Below are positions 8,312-16,979 of a stretch of DNA of 32,000 bases, in pieces. The position numbers and the translations under genes are program-made. Origin of the DNA: Haloferax volcanii DS2 (GTDB taxonomy: Archaea; Halobacteriota; Halobacteria; Halobacteriales; Haloferacaceae). The notes below the pieces were generated by a model. It was not told the origin of the DNA. It saw only the letters and a list, made by a program, of their open reading frames with translations, and searched no databases. The stretch's first letter is position 1. The number at the start of each line of letters is the position of its first letter. The stretch covers positions 990,001-1,022,000 of the forward strand of contig NC_013967.1 of NCBI RefSeq assembly GCF_000025685.1, read 5' to 3'.

Positions 8312-8791
8312 TCACTCGAAATCGAGTTGCGTCGCGCCCGTGAACCCGTCCGAACCGCGAACGTCGAAGAGGGAGTCGCGGACGACGGCGGTTCGGGAGT
8401 CGTTCTCGAACACGACGGTTCTCTCCTCGGAAATTCCGGCCCGGCCGTGTAAATACCTTTCCGAACAGGCACGCACTGTCCCCGAGACGCCTCGCACTCT
8501 CACCCCGACCGGGTCGCCGCCGACGGCGTCGATGCAGGCGAGTGCGGCCCGGGCGTCTTCGACGTGGCCGCGCCGGGCGCGGACGATGGTCTCGGCGACG
8601 CCGTCGGCGTAGTCGAACCCGAGAACGGTCAGGTCGGCGTCGGCGCTCCCGGCGTCGCCGTAGAGGTTCTGGGCGGCGTACCAGAGTTCGCGCTGGAACG
8701 GCCCGCGGGCGAGGTCGACGCCGGGCCACGTCTCGACCTCGACGGCGAGATATCGTCGTCGCGGCCGGAGGTGTTTGGGCAGGTGTTTCAT
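8312..8791 (-). CDS. rnp2: RNase P protein component 2 (Pop5 homologue)
   Basis: 159 aa, starting MKHLPKHLRPRRRYLAVEVE... This is the Pop5-type N-terminus. It lies 6 nt upstream of psmA. Confidence 0.85.
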   Translation of the reverse strand: MKHLPKHLRPRRRYLAVEVETWPGVDLARGPFQRELWYAAQNLYGDAGSADADLTVLGFDYADGVAETIVRARRGHVEDARAALACIDAVGGDPVGVRVRGVSGTVRACSERYLHGRAGISEERTVVFENDSRTAVVRDSLFDVRGSDGFTGATQLDFE

Positions 8792-8800
8792 CGGGTCAGT

Positions 8801-9427
8801 TCACTCGTCGGCGGTCGGCGCTCGCTCGGCGACGAGGACGCCCACCTGCTCGTGGACCGACTCGACGGCCGTGAGGACGAACCCGGCGTCCGTGAGCGCG
8901 TCGGCGAGGAAGCCGACGGTCGCGGGGTCGTCCACTTCGGGCGAGTAGAACGGCTCGTCGGGGTCGGGCGTGCCGAAGAACATCACGTCGCCGAGGACGA
9001 ACCGCCGCGGTTCGAGGTCGGCGATGACGCCGATGGCCTCGCGTTTCTCCTCGTCGGAGAGGTGGTGCATGGCGAAGTTCGTCACCACGATGTCGATCTG
9101 CTCGTCGTCGCCCACGTTCGGGTCTCGGAACCGGCCCTCGTCGAACTCGACGTTCTCGATGCCGACTTCGGCGGCCTTGGTTCGGGCCTGTTCGAGCATC
9201 CCCTCGCTGATGTCGCGGCCGACGACGCGCTTCGCGTCGGGGGCGAGCGCGAGGGCGATAGCGCCCGTGCCGGTACCGAGGTCGAGCACCACGTCCTCGG
9301 GGGAGGGGTCGGCGTAGTGGACGACGAGCGAGACGCACGCGCGGTACTCGTCGCTGTCTTGGGAGTCGTCGTACTCCGCGGCGATGTGGGAAAAGCGGGC
9401 GGCGTGTTCCTCAATCGTCTTCTTCAT
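8801..9427 (-). CDS. class I SAM-dependent methyltransferase
   Basis: 208 aa with SAM-binding motif I VLDLGTGTGAIALALA and a post-I acidic residue (GRDIS). It is embedded between two RNase P subunit genes. Confidence 0.9.
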   Translation of the reverse strand: MKKTIEEHAARFSHIAAEYDDSQDSDEYRACVSLVVHYADPSPEDVVLDLGTGTGAIALALAPDAKRVVGRDISEGMLEQARTKAAEVGIENVEFDEGRFRDPNVGDDEQIDIVVTNFAMHHLSDEEKREAIGVIADLEPRRFVLGDVMFFGTPDPDEPFYSPEVDDPATVGFLADALTDAGFVLTAVESVHEQVGVLVAERAPTADE

Positions 9428-10106
9428 ACCGTCCCCGTTTGACGCCGGGGGCTATGAACGACTCGGACGTGTGCTCGCGGTTGCGCGCCGCGAGGTGACC
9501 CCACTCGCGGAGGCCGTCGAGCACCTGCTCGCGGTCGAAGCCGACGACCTCGCCCAGTCCCGCCAACTCGCGGGGGCTCCGCAGTTGGAGATGCGACGAC
9601 GGGGTCGCGGAGACGACGTAGGGGGCGTCGTAGTACTCGACGAGTTCGCGGAGTTTCCGGAGCGCCGAGATGGCCTGCACGCGGGTCCCCCCGTCGCTTC
9701 GGAGCACCGGCCCGAAGTCGAACTCGACGCGGACGCCGTTGTCGCGGGCGGCCTTGGCGAGGACGTGGTTGAAGTTGCCTTCGCCCTCCATGGGGCGCGA
9801 GAGCACGTCCACTCGCGGCTGTTCGACGGCGAATCGGTTGAGCGCGTTCGTCCCCCCGCGGACGATGAGCAGTTCGCGCTGCGGGCGGTAGTTGCCGACC
9901 GCGCCGCTGGCTCGTTCCGGGTTGGACGCGTCGATTTCGACGGCGTCGACGACGTCCACGTCGAGCGCCTCGCGGAGGCGGTCGTAGTCGGGGCGGGCGT
10001 CGAGCGCGCGGACGACGACGCCGTCGTAGTCGTACCGCCCGGCGGCGACGGCGACGCGACTGACCGTACTCTCGCCGTCGGGGTGTGCGTAGACCGCCTC
10101 GTACAT
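9411..10106 (-). CDS. rnp3: RNase P protein component 3 (Rpp30 homologue)
   Basis: 231 aa with a TIM-barrel Rpp30-like sequence (DVLSRPMEGEGNFNHVLAKAARDNGVRVEFDF). Its 3' end overlaps the methyltransferase start by 17 nt. Confidence 0.85.
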   Translation of the reverse strand: MYEAVYAHPDGESTVSRVAVAAGRYDYDGVVVRALDARPDYDRLREALDVDVVDAVEIDASNPERASGAVGNYRPQRELLIVRGGTNALNRFAVEQPRVDVLSRPMEGEGNFNHVLAKAARDNGVRVEFDFGPVLRSDGGTRVQAISALRKLRELVEYYDAPYVVSATPSSHLQLRSPRELAGLGEVVGFDREQVLDGLREWGHLAARNREHTSESFIAPGVKRGRYEEDD

Positions 10107-10244
10107 ACGCCGACTCAGGTGCGGGTGGGAAAAGGGCGTTGCGTTCCGGAGCGACGGGGCGGCAGGACGGTGGGGTGGTCGGCGCGGCGGGGCGGTCGGC
10201 GCGGGCGAGCGAGCGGGTGAACTGGCGAACGCGGGACCGTGCGC

Positions 10245-10799
10245 TTAGAGGCCGCGAGCGGCGACGAACGACGCGACGAGGAGCGCGGCGACGCCAACTC
10301 CGGCACCGAAGCCGGGGACGTCGATTCCGGACGACGAATCGGCCGTCGTCGCGGTCGACGCGGACGTCGTTTCGGCCGTCGCGGCGTCGCGGATGTCGGG
10401 CGTGAGCGTCGAGTTCTCGGGCATATAGTACGTCACGAGCGTGGCGTTCTCCTCGTAGATCGGCTGTTGGTCCCGGCGAACCGAGACCTGCACCGGCCCG
10501 CCGCGGAGTTGGGCCATCTCCGAGAGGTCGAACGTTACGTCGAAGCTACCGTTTTCTCCGACGCGGACGGCCTTCGAGACGAGAAACGGATGGGTATCAC
10601 CGACGGATTTCACGCGGACGCCGATGAGCGTCCCGGGCGCGAACGGGGTCGTCCCGTGGACGTGCTCGCCGTCGACCGCGTCGAGCGTGAGTCCGTCGCC
10701 CGCGTGGTCGATAGCGGTGCTGCTGTCGGCCGCGACGACGCCCGACAGCGAGAGCGCGACCACGACGAGGAGGACGACGACGAGGTGGGGAGGGCGCAT
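10245..10799 (-). CDS. secreted surface protein with a PGF-CTERM archaeosortase sorting signal
   Basis: N-terminal signal peptide MRPPHLVVVLLVVVALSLSGVVAA. There are two N-X-S/T sequons (ENATL, ENSTL) and a Thr/Ser-rich linker. The C-terminus is PGFGAGVGVAALLVASFVAARGL. Confidence 0.85.
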   Translation of the reverse strand: MRPPHLVVVLLVVVALSLSGVVAADSSTAIDHAGDGLTLDAVDGEHVHGTTPFAPGTLIGVRVKSVGDTHPFLVSKAVRVGENGSFDVTFDLSEMAQLRGGPVQVSVRRDQQPIYEENATLVTYYMPENSTLTPDIRDAATAETTSASTATTADSSSGIDVPGFGAGVGVAALLVASFVAARGL

Positions 10800-10849
10800 C
10801 GTCCGAAACGTATCGTTCGGACAACAAGTACGTTTTGATTAATTAACAG

Positions 10850-11947
10850 TTAGGCGGTGAGCGCGGCGACGGCGGCGCGGAGCGCGGCGGCCGCGGTTCG
10901 CACGTCGTCGGTGCGCACGTACTCTCTGTCGGCGTGCGCGACCGCGCCCTCGTCGTCGGCGAGGTCGCCGGGACCGAAGACGGCGACGGGCGCGGGCGAG
11001 AAGTAGGAGGCCTCGGTCGCGGCCGTGAAGGGCCGGACGTCCGCCCGCCCGCCGGCGTCTCGGGAGGCCGCGGCGAGCGACGTCACGAGTTCGTGGTCGG
11101 GGTCGGTCGCGAACGCTTCGAGAAACGGGGTCGGGCGCTCCGTGAGCGCGAAGTCGACGCCAACGTCGTCGGGCACGGCGGCCCGGAGCGTCGATTCGAG
11201 TTCCTCGCGGAAGCCCTCGGCCGTCTCCGGCGGGACGCTCCGACGGTCGACCACGAGTCGGCAGTCCGCGGGCACCTGATTCGAGTTCGCCCCGCCGTCG
11301 ACCATCGTCGGCGTCAGCGTCGCCGGACCGAGGTCGGGGTGCGCCTCGCGGTCGTCGTCGAACGACCGGAGCGCGTCGAGGACCGGTGCGAGCGCGTCCA
11401 CGGCGTTGACGCCCGACTGCGGTTCGGCCGCGTGCGCGGCGACACCCGACAGCGACACCGTTCCCTCGAACCGGCCCTTCGCGGCCGTACAGACGTCGAG
11501 GCCGGTCGGCTCGCCGACGATGTACCTGTCGCCGTCGAGGTCGAGTTGGGCCGCGCCCGTCGAGAGGAGCTCCTCGTCGGGCGTGATGGCGAGCGTCACT
11601 CGGGCGTCGGGGCCGGGGTCGGCGGCGAAGAACGCTGAAAGCAGGGCCGCGAGTGGGCCCTTGGCATCGCAGGAGCCGCGGCCGTGGATGACGCCCTCGT
11701 CGCGGTCGTACGGGACGTGCGGCGAGACGGTGTCGATGTGCGTGTTGAGGACGAGGTGCGTCGCCGGCTCCGCCGCTCCCTTCGAGGCGACGGTGTTGCC
11801 GGCGTCGTCCACGGTCGGGTCGACGCCCTCGGCTTCGAGCGTCTCGACCAGCAGGTCGCGCATCTCGCCCACGTCGTCGTTCGACGCGACGGGGACGGCC
11901 CGTTCGAGGAACGCCACGGGGTCGAACCCGTCGGCGTCGCCGCTCAT
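10850..11947 (-). CDS. dapE: M20-family peptidase, probable succinyl-diaminopimelate desuccinylase
   Basis: 365 aa with M20 metal-binding motifs (LNTHIDTV, GRGSCDAKG). It is the last gene of the dap operon, and its start overlaps the dapF stop (ATGA). Confidence 0.75.
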   Translation of the reverse strand: MSGDADGFDPVAFLERAVPVASNDDVGEMRDLLVETLEAEGVDPTVDDAGNTVASKGAAEPATHLVLNTHIDTVSPHVPYDRDEGVIHGRGSCDAKGPLAALLSAFFAADPGPDARVTLAITPDEELLSTGAAQLDLDGDRYIVGEPTGLDVCTAAKGRFEGTVSLSGVAAHAAEPQSGVNAVDALAPVLDALRSFDDDREAHPDLGPATLTPTMVDGGANSNQVPADCRLVVDRRSVPPETAEGFREELESTLRAAVPDDVGVDFALTERPTPFLEAFATDPDHELVTSLAAASRDAGGRADVRPFTAATEASYFSPAPVAVFGPGDLADDEGAVAHADREYVRTDDVRTAAAALRAAVAALTA

Positions 11948-12810
11948 CGCTCGCGGAAGACGATGTCGGCTTCGCCGTCGCCCTCGTAGACGGCCGGGCC
12001 GCCGAGGAGCGCCGCGCCCTCGTCGGGGACGGTCACGGAGAGCGCGCCGCCCGGCGGGGTGACGGTCACGGGGTCGTCGCCGGAGACGCGCCCGAGGCGC
12101 TTCGCGGCCGCGACGACCGCGACCGCGCCGGTGCCGCAGGACTGCGTCTCGCCCTCGACGCCGCGCTCGAAGGTGCGCTGGCGGAAGCCGCCCTCGCCGT
12201 CGGGAGAGGCGAGCGTGACGTTCGCGCCCTCCGGGAACACCGACGCGTGGCGGACCGGCGGCGCGACCGATTCGAGGTCCACGTCGTCCACGTCGTCGAC
12301 GAAGGCGACCGCGTGGGGGACGCCCGTGTTGACGGCCGTGACCGTCAGGCCCTCGACCTCGGTGTCGACGAGTTCGTCGTCGGACGCGAGCGGCACGTCG
12401 CGGGGCGCAAACGAGGGCGCGCCCATCTCGACGGTCACGTCGGTGCCGTCGAGGCTCGCGCGGCGGGTGCCGGCGGGCGTGTCAATCATGACTTCGTTCG
12501 TGCCGGTCCGCTCGGCGGCCCACGCGGCCGCGACGCGAGCGCCGTTGCCGCACATGGCGGCGACGGAGCCGTCGGGCTGGACGAGCGTCATGACGACCCG
12601 CGGCGGGTCGTAGCGCGATTCGAGCGCGAGAAACAGGACGCCGTCTGCGCCGCGTCGCTCGCTCTCGCTCAGGGTGATTCCGGCCTCGCGGTCGCAGTGG
12701 GTGCGCGCGAAGGCGGGGCGGTCCGGGACGGGGTCGTCTGCGTCGACGACGAAGAAGTCGTTTCCAGTGCCGTGGAACTTTTCGAAGGGAACGGTGTTGA
12801 GTACGCTCAT
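11944..12810 (-). CDS. dapF: diaminopimelate epimerase
   Basis: This is the C-terminal 288 aa of track ORF 11944..14484, from the ATG at 12810: MSVLNTVPFEKFHGTGNDFFVVD..., with catalytic Cys motifs MCGNGARV and SCGTGAVA. Confidence 0.9.
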   Translation of the reverse strand: MSVLNTVPFEKFHGTGNDFFVVDADDPVPDRPAFARTHCDREAGITLSESERRGADGVLFLALESRYDPPRVVMTLVQPDGSVAAMCGNGARVAAAWAAERTGTNEVMIDTPAGTRRASLDGTDVTVEMGAPSFAPRDVPLASDDELVDTEVEGLTVTAVNTGVPHAVAFVDDVDDVDLESVAPPVRHASVFPEGANVTLASPDGEGGFRQRTFERGVEGETQSCGTGAVAVVAAAKRLGRVSGDDPVTVTPPGGALSVTVPDEGAALLGGPAVYEGDGEADIVFRER

Positions 12811-12830
12811 GATTCTGTGTGGGTGCTTGG

Positions 12831-14078
12831 TCAGTTGGGGATGTGCTCGGATGCGGTTCGTTCGAGTGCGGTGACGTCGTGGAGGGTCTCGCGCCGGCGG
12901 GCCAGTCGGGGGCCGTCGGCGTCGAGGACGACTTCCGGGGGGCGCGGACGAGAGTTGTAGGTGCTCGCCATCTCGTAGCCGTACGCCCCCGCGTTGCCGA
13001 GCGCGAGACAGTCGCCGCGCTCGGGGTCGGGGAGGTCGCGGCCGTCCGCGAACACGTCGCTCGTCTCGCAGACGGGGCCCGCGACGATGGTCGAAACCGG
13101 GTCGGCGTCGGGCCGAGAGAGGTTCGAAATCGCGTGGTACGCGTCGTACATCGCCGGTCGGAGCAGCGTCGTCATACCGGCGTCGATGCCGACGACGGTC
13201 GTCTCGGGGACCTCCTTCACGGTGTTGACCCGCGAGAGGAGCACGCCCGCGTCGGCGACGACGTAACGGCCGGGTTCGACTGCGAGTTGTGCGTCCACCT
13301 CGCCGAGCGCCTCGCGGGTGGCGTCGGCGACGGCGGCGAGGTCGAGCGGCGGTTCGTCCTCGCGGTAGGGGACGCCGAAGCCGCCGCCCACGTCCACGAA
13401 TTCGAGGCCGCCGACCTCGCGGGCGAGGTCGCCCATCCGGCGGACCAACTCGCGGTGCGCCGAGAGGTCGTCGCCGGAGATACCGCTTCCCGCGTGGGCG
13501 TGGACGCCGACGAGGTCGAACTCCTCGCGCACGTCGGCGGCGAGGTCGGGAACGCGGTCGATGGGGATGCCGAACTTCGCGTGCCCGCCGGTCGTGACCT
13601 TCTCGTGGTGGCCCGCGCCGACGCCGGGGTTCGCCCGGAGGCAGAGCCGACCGTCGAAGCCGCGCTCGCGCAGGCGGTCGATGGTGTCGGCCGCGCCGAC
13701 CGTGACGGTCATCTCGGGGTTCGACTCCCAGCGCGAGACGACGTGGTCGAGGTCGGCGTCCGGCGGGTTGACCGCCGTGTACCGGACGCGCTCGCCGGGG
13801 AAGCCGGCGTCGAGGGCGCGCTCGACCTCGCCCGCGGAGGCGCACTCGGCGTCGACGCCGGCCTCGCGGACGGTTTCGAGCACCGCCCGCCCGGCGTGGG
13901 CCTTGACGGCGTAGCTGACGTGCGCTTCGGGGAACGCCTCGCGGAGTCGCAGACAGTTCTCGCGGACGCGACGGAGGTCGGTCACGTACAGCGGCGACCC
14001 GAACTCGCCGGCGAGCGACAGCAGGTGCTCGCGGTCCCAGTCCGAGAGCCGCCGGACGGCCGGCCCGCCGCCGCTCAT
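12831..14078 (-). CDS. lysA: diaminopimelate decarboxylase
   Basis: 415 aa, a PLP-dependent group IV decarboxylase (SYAVKAH, GGGFGVPY, PVCETSD). Confidence 0.92.
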   Translation of the reverse strand: MSGGGPAVRRLSDWDREHLLSLAGEFGSPLYVTDLRRVRENCLRLREAFPEAHVSYAVKAHAGRAVLETVREAGVDAECASAGEVERALDAGFPGERVRYTAVNPPDADLDHVVSRWESNPEMTVTVGAADTIDRLRERGFDGRLCLRANPGVGAGHHEKVTTGGHAKFGIPIDRVPDLAADVREEFDLVGVHAHAGSGISGDDLSAHRELVRRMGDLAREVGGLEFVDVGGGFGVPYREDEPPLDLAAVADATREALGEVDAQLAVEPGRYVVADAGVLLSRVNTVKEVPETTVVGIDAGMTTLLRPAMYDAYHAISNLSRPDADPVSTIVAGPVCETSDVFADGRDLPDPERGDCLALGNAGAYGYEMASTYNSRPRPPEVVLDADGPRLARRRETLHDVTALERTASEHIPN

Positions 14079-14917
14079 TCGCGCAGCGCCTCCTCCCGAC
14101 GGGTCGCGTCGAGGGTGTCGTCCTCGATGTCGAGGGCGACGACCGCGGGCTTGTACGCGCCGCCGGCAAAGAGGTCGTGGTCACCGAGCGACGACTCCAC
14201 GAAGCGCGTGAAGGCGCGGCGGTTCGCGGGCAGGTGGCCGTAGTAAATCTCCTCGTCAACGAGGTCGTAGACGGGGATGCGAGGCGTGAGAAGCGTGTTC
14301 TCGCCGACGATGGAGTTCTCGCCGACGACGAAGCCGGAGGTGACCCGACAGCCCGCGCCGAGCGCCGCGCCGTCTTCGACGACGACCGGCGCATCTTCGA
14401 CGGGTTCGAGCACACCGCCGATGAGCGTGTTCGCGCCGAGCTTGACGTTCGCGCCGATTTGCGCGCAGGAGCCGACGGTGTCACAGGAGTCCACGAGCGT
14501 GCCGTCGCCGACGTGCGCGCCGACGTTCACGAACGAGGGGCTCATCATGATGCAGTCGGAGCCGAGGTACGCGCCGCGGCGGATGGCGGTCCCGTCCGGG
14601 GTGTTGCGCGTGCCGCGGTCGCCGAGGTCCTCGGTGTCGCGCAGGGGGAGCACGTCGTGATAGCGGACGTCGCCGTACTCGCGGGCGAGCGTCTCGCGCA
14701 GGCCGAAGTTGAGCAGGATGCCCCGCTTGACCCACTCGTTTGCCTCCCACGAGGTCACGTCGGAGCCGGTCTTCTCGGCGGCGCGCACCTCGCCCGCCTC
14801 GAGGGCGTCGAGGAACGCGTCCAGCGTGTCGAGTTCGTCGCCGGTAGCTGATTCGGCGTCGACGTCGCCGTCGTCGTATCGCTGCCACAGGTCTCGTACG
14901 TCGGATTCCAGATTCAT
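14075..14917 (-). CDS. dapD: 2,3,4,5-tetrahydropyridine-2,6-dicarboxylate N-succinyltransferase
   Basis: Start at the internal ATG 14917 (MNLESDVRDLWQRY), which forms an ATGA overlap with the dapB stop. It has left-handed beta-helix hexapeptide repeats (GAHVGDGTLVDS..., IGANVKLGANTLIGG). Confidence 0.88.
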   Translation of the reverse strand: MNLESDVRDLWQRYDDGDVDAESATGDELDTLDAFLDALEAGEVRAAEKTGSDVTSWEANEWVKRGILLNFGLRETLAREYGDVRYHDVLPLRDTEDLGDRGTRNTPDGTAIRRGAYLGSDCIMMSPSFVNVGAHVGDGTLVDSCDTVGSCAQIGANVKLGANTLIGGVLEPVEDAPVVVEDGAALGAGCRVTSGFVVGENSIVGENTLLTPRIPVYDLVDEEIYYGHLPANRRAFTRFVESSLGDHDLFAGGAYKPAVVALDIEDDTLDATRREEALRE

Positions 14918-15675
14918 TCGAGTACCTCGGTGAAGTCGTACCACCCGGCGTCGCGGTCGGCGAGCCACGCCGCGGCGTCGAGTGCGCCAGCGGCGAAGAC
15001 CCCCCGCGACCCCGCGCGGTGCGTGAGTGAAAGAGACTCGTGATTTCCAGCCAGTAATACTTCGTGCTCACCGGCAATATCCCCCGCCCGGCGAGCGTGG
15101 ACGCCGACTTCGCCTTCGGACCGGGGCGCGTCGCCCTCGCGGCCGTGGACGCGCTCGGAGTCGCCACGCACGTCGTCGATGTCGTCCAAGAGGGTCAGCG
15201 CCGTCCCGCTCGGGGCGTCGCGCTTGGCGTTGTGGTGCGTCTCGGTGAGTTCGATGTCGTAGCCGTCGAGGGCCGGAACCGCCTCGCGGACGGCTCGCCG
15301 GAGCGCCGCGATGCCGCGCGAGAAGTTCGAGGCGTACAGCACCGGGGCCTCGGACGCGGCCTCGCGGAGCGCGTCGAAGCCGCCCTCGCTCAGGCCGGTC
15401 GTGCCGGTGACGAAGGCGACGCCCGCCGCCGCGCAGGCCGACGCGTACTCGATGCAGGACGCCGGGCCGGTGAAGTCGACGACGACATCTGGCTCGTGCG
15501 AGGCGAGCAGGTCCGCGAAGTCGGCCGCGTCTTCGACGGCGACGCCTTCGACCACGTCGCCGGGCGAGCGACTGACCGCGAAAGCGACCGAGAGGTCGTC
15601 GCGGTCGGCGGCCGCGGCGAGGACTTCGCCACCCATGCGACCGGTCGCGCCGGTGACGCCGACGGAGACCGTCAC
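14914..15675 (-). CDS. dapB: 4-hydroxy-tetrahydrodipicolinate reductase
   Basis: 253 aa with a GTG start in a GTGA overlap with the dapA stop. Motifs: VGVTGATGRMG Rossmann motif and ELTETHHNAKRDAPSGTA. Confidence 0.92.
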   Translation of the reverse strand: MTVSVGVTGATGRMGGEVLAAAADRDDLSVAFAVSRSPGDVVEGVAVEDAADFADLLASHEPDVVVDFTGPASCIEYASACAAAGVAFVTGTTGLSEGGFDALREAASEAPVLYASNFSRGIAALRRAVREAVPALDGYDIELTETHHNAKRDAPSGTALTLLDDIDDVRGDSERVHGREGDAPRSEGEVGVHARRAGDIAGEHEVLLAGNHESLSLTHRAGSRGVFAAGALDAAAWLADRDAGWYDFTEVLE

Positions 15676-16589
15676 TCGCCCGCACCTCCGTCCGGAATCG
15701 CCTGTTCCGCTTCGAGGTCCGACAGCAGGCGACGCAGTTCCTCGGTGTTCTCCTCGGTGAGGCGGGTGAGCGGCGGGCGCAGGCGCGCCGGGCCGTAGCC
15801 CCGAATCTCCATGGCCTCCTTGACCGGGATGGGGTTCGTCTCGGAGAACAGGTGGCGGTTCAGCGGGGCGAGGTCGTGGTGGATGTCGCGGGCGCGCTCG
15901 TAGTCGCCTTGTAGCGCCGAGTGGACTATCGCGCCGACGCGAGCGGGTTCGACGTTCGCCGTGACCGAGATGGCCCCGACGCCGCCGACAGAGAGCGTCG
16001 GGAGCGTGAGCGCGTCGTCGCCCGACAGCACCGCGAACTGCTCGTCGCGGGTCCGCTCGACGACCTCCGAAATCTGGCCGAGGTCGCCGCTTGCGGCCTT
16101 GTAGCCGGTGATATTCGGGTGCTCTGCGAGCGTCGCGGCCGTCTCGGGCAGGATGTTGCTCCCGGTGCGGCCGGGGACGTTGTAGACGATTTGCGGCAGG
16201 TCGATTTCGTCGGCGATGGTCCGGTAGTGGTCGACGAGTCCGGCCTGCTCGGGCTTGTTGTAGTACGGCGAGATGAGGAGCAGCGCGTCGGCCCCGGCGT
16301 CGGCGGAGCGCCGGGAGAGTTCCAGCGCCTCGCGGGTCGAGTTCGACCCGGAGCCGGCGATGACGGGCACCTCCTCGACGGCCTCGACGGCGGCTTCGAC
16401 GACCTCGACGTGTTCGTCGTGAGTGAGCGTCGCGGACTCGCCGGTCGAGCCGACGGGCACGACGCCGTCGACGCCGGCTTCTTCGAGGCGTCGCACGTCG
16501 GCCTGGAACTGTTCGAAGTCGATACTGCCGTCCTCGTGGAACGGCGTGGTCATCGCGGGATAGACGCCGCAGAAGTCGAATGATGTCAT
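15672..16589 (-). CDS. dapA: 4-hydroxy-tetrahydrodipicolinate synthase
   Basis: 305 aa with motifs VPVGSTGES and YNVPGRTG, plus the Schiff-base Lys context ITGYKAASGD. Confidence 0.92.
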   Translation of the reverse strand: MTSFDFCGVYPAMTTPFHEDGSIDFEQFQADVRRLEEAGVDGVVPVGSTGESATLTHDEHVEVVEAAVEAVEEVPVIAGSGSNSTREALELSRRSADAGADALLLISPYYNKPEQAGLVDHYRTIADEIDLPQIVYNVPGRTGSNILPETAATLAEHPNITGYKAASGDLGQISEVVERTRDEQFAVLSGDDALTLPTLSVGGVGAISVTANVEPARVGAIVHSALQGDYERARDIHHDLAPLNRHLFSETNPIPVKEAMEIRGYGPARLRPPLTRLTEENTEELRRLLSDLEAEQAIPDGGAGE

Positions 16590-16947
16590 GTGTCGTTGGT
16601 GGTTGTGGTGACGGTCGCGGAAGCGTTGATACGGTCGTGTGACCGGAACGTGCGTCAGCCGAAGGCCGCCCGAGACGGGGTCGCTACTCCCGCAACGAGC
16701 GATTCAGTACGCACGTTTTTTCGAAAAGAAAGCGGCACGCGACGCTGTCGAAGGTGTGGTGACCTGCGAGGGCCGCGTCGCGTCGTTCACACCGGATGCA
16801 GGTGCTGGAAACGTAATATAACTTGCGTCGTCTGCAGGACCTGCCGGACCCGACGGGCGGGCTGAGGCACGAATCGCGGCGCTCTCCGTCCGGTTTCCGA
16901 CCGCGACGGTGGACGCCCGTCCGCCGCGCCCCCGTCTCCCCGGACGG

Positions 16948-16953
16948 TTATTA
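16948..16953 (+). promoter_or_regulatory. TATA-like box (TTATTA) for the NYN-domain gene
   Basis: An isolated AT hexamer centred ~29.5 nt upstream of the ATG at 16980. Confidence 0.4.
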
Positions 16954-16979
16954 GCCCGCGCCGCCCAAGCGTCGTACGA

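Noticed and set aside
12819-14243. 474-aa plus-strand ORF, and similar long plus-strand ORFs at 7430..8014, 8564..9442, 9384..10220, 14177..14851, 15064..15798, 15921..16583 and 21407..22624
   Set aside because: All are antisense to confidently identified minus-strand genes (lysA, psmA, the methyltransferase, rnp3, dapD, dapB, dapA, presenilin). They translate to repetitive Arg/Gly/Asp/Val sequences.
12811-14484. N-terminal ~560 aa of the 846-aa track ORF 11944..14484
   Set aside because: Only the last 288 aa, from the ATG at 12810, are DapF. The upstream part is a Pro/Arg/Ser-rich out-of-frame reading through lysA and dapD, which have their own strong motifs.
16590-16865. Track ORFs 16590..16865 (+), 16639..16821 (+) and 16704..17363 (-) in and around the dapA/NYN spacer
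   Set aside because: They have no motifs and poor third-position GC bias. The minus ORF is antisense to the NYN gene. I also compared the spacer with the bacterial lysine (L-box) riboswitch from memory and saw nothing resembling its conserved core, so I make no riboswitch call.
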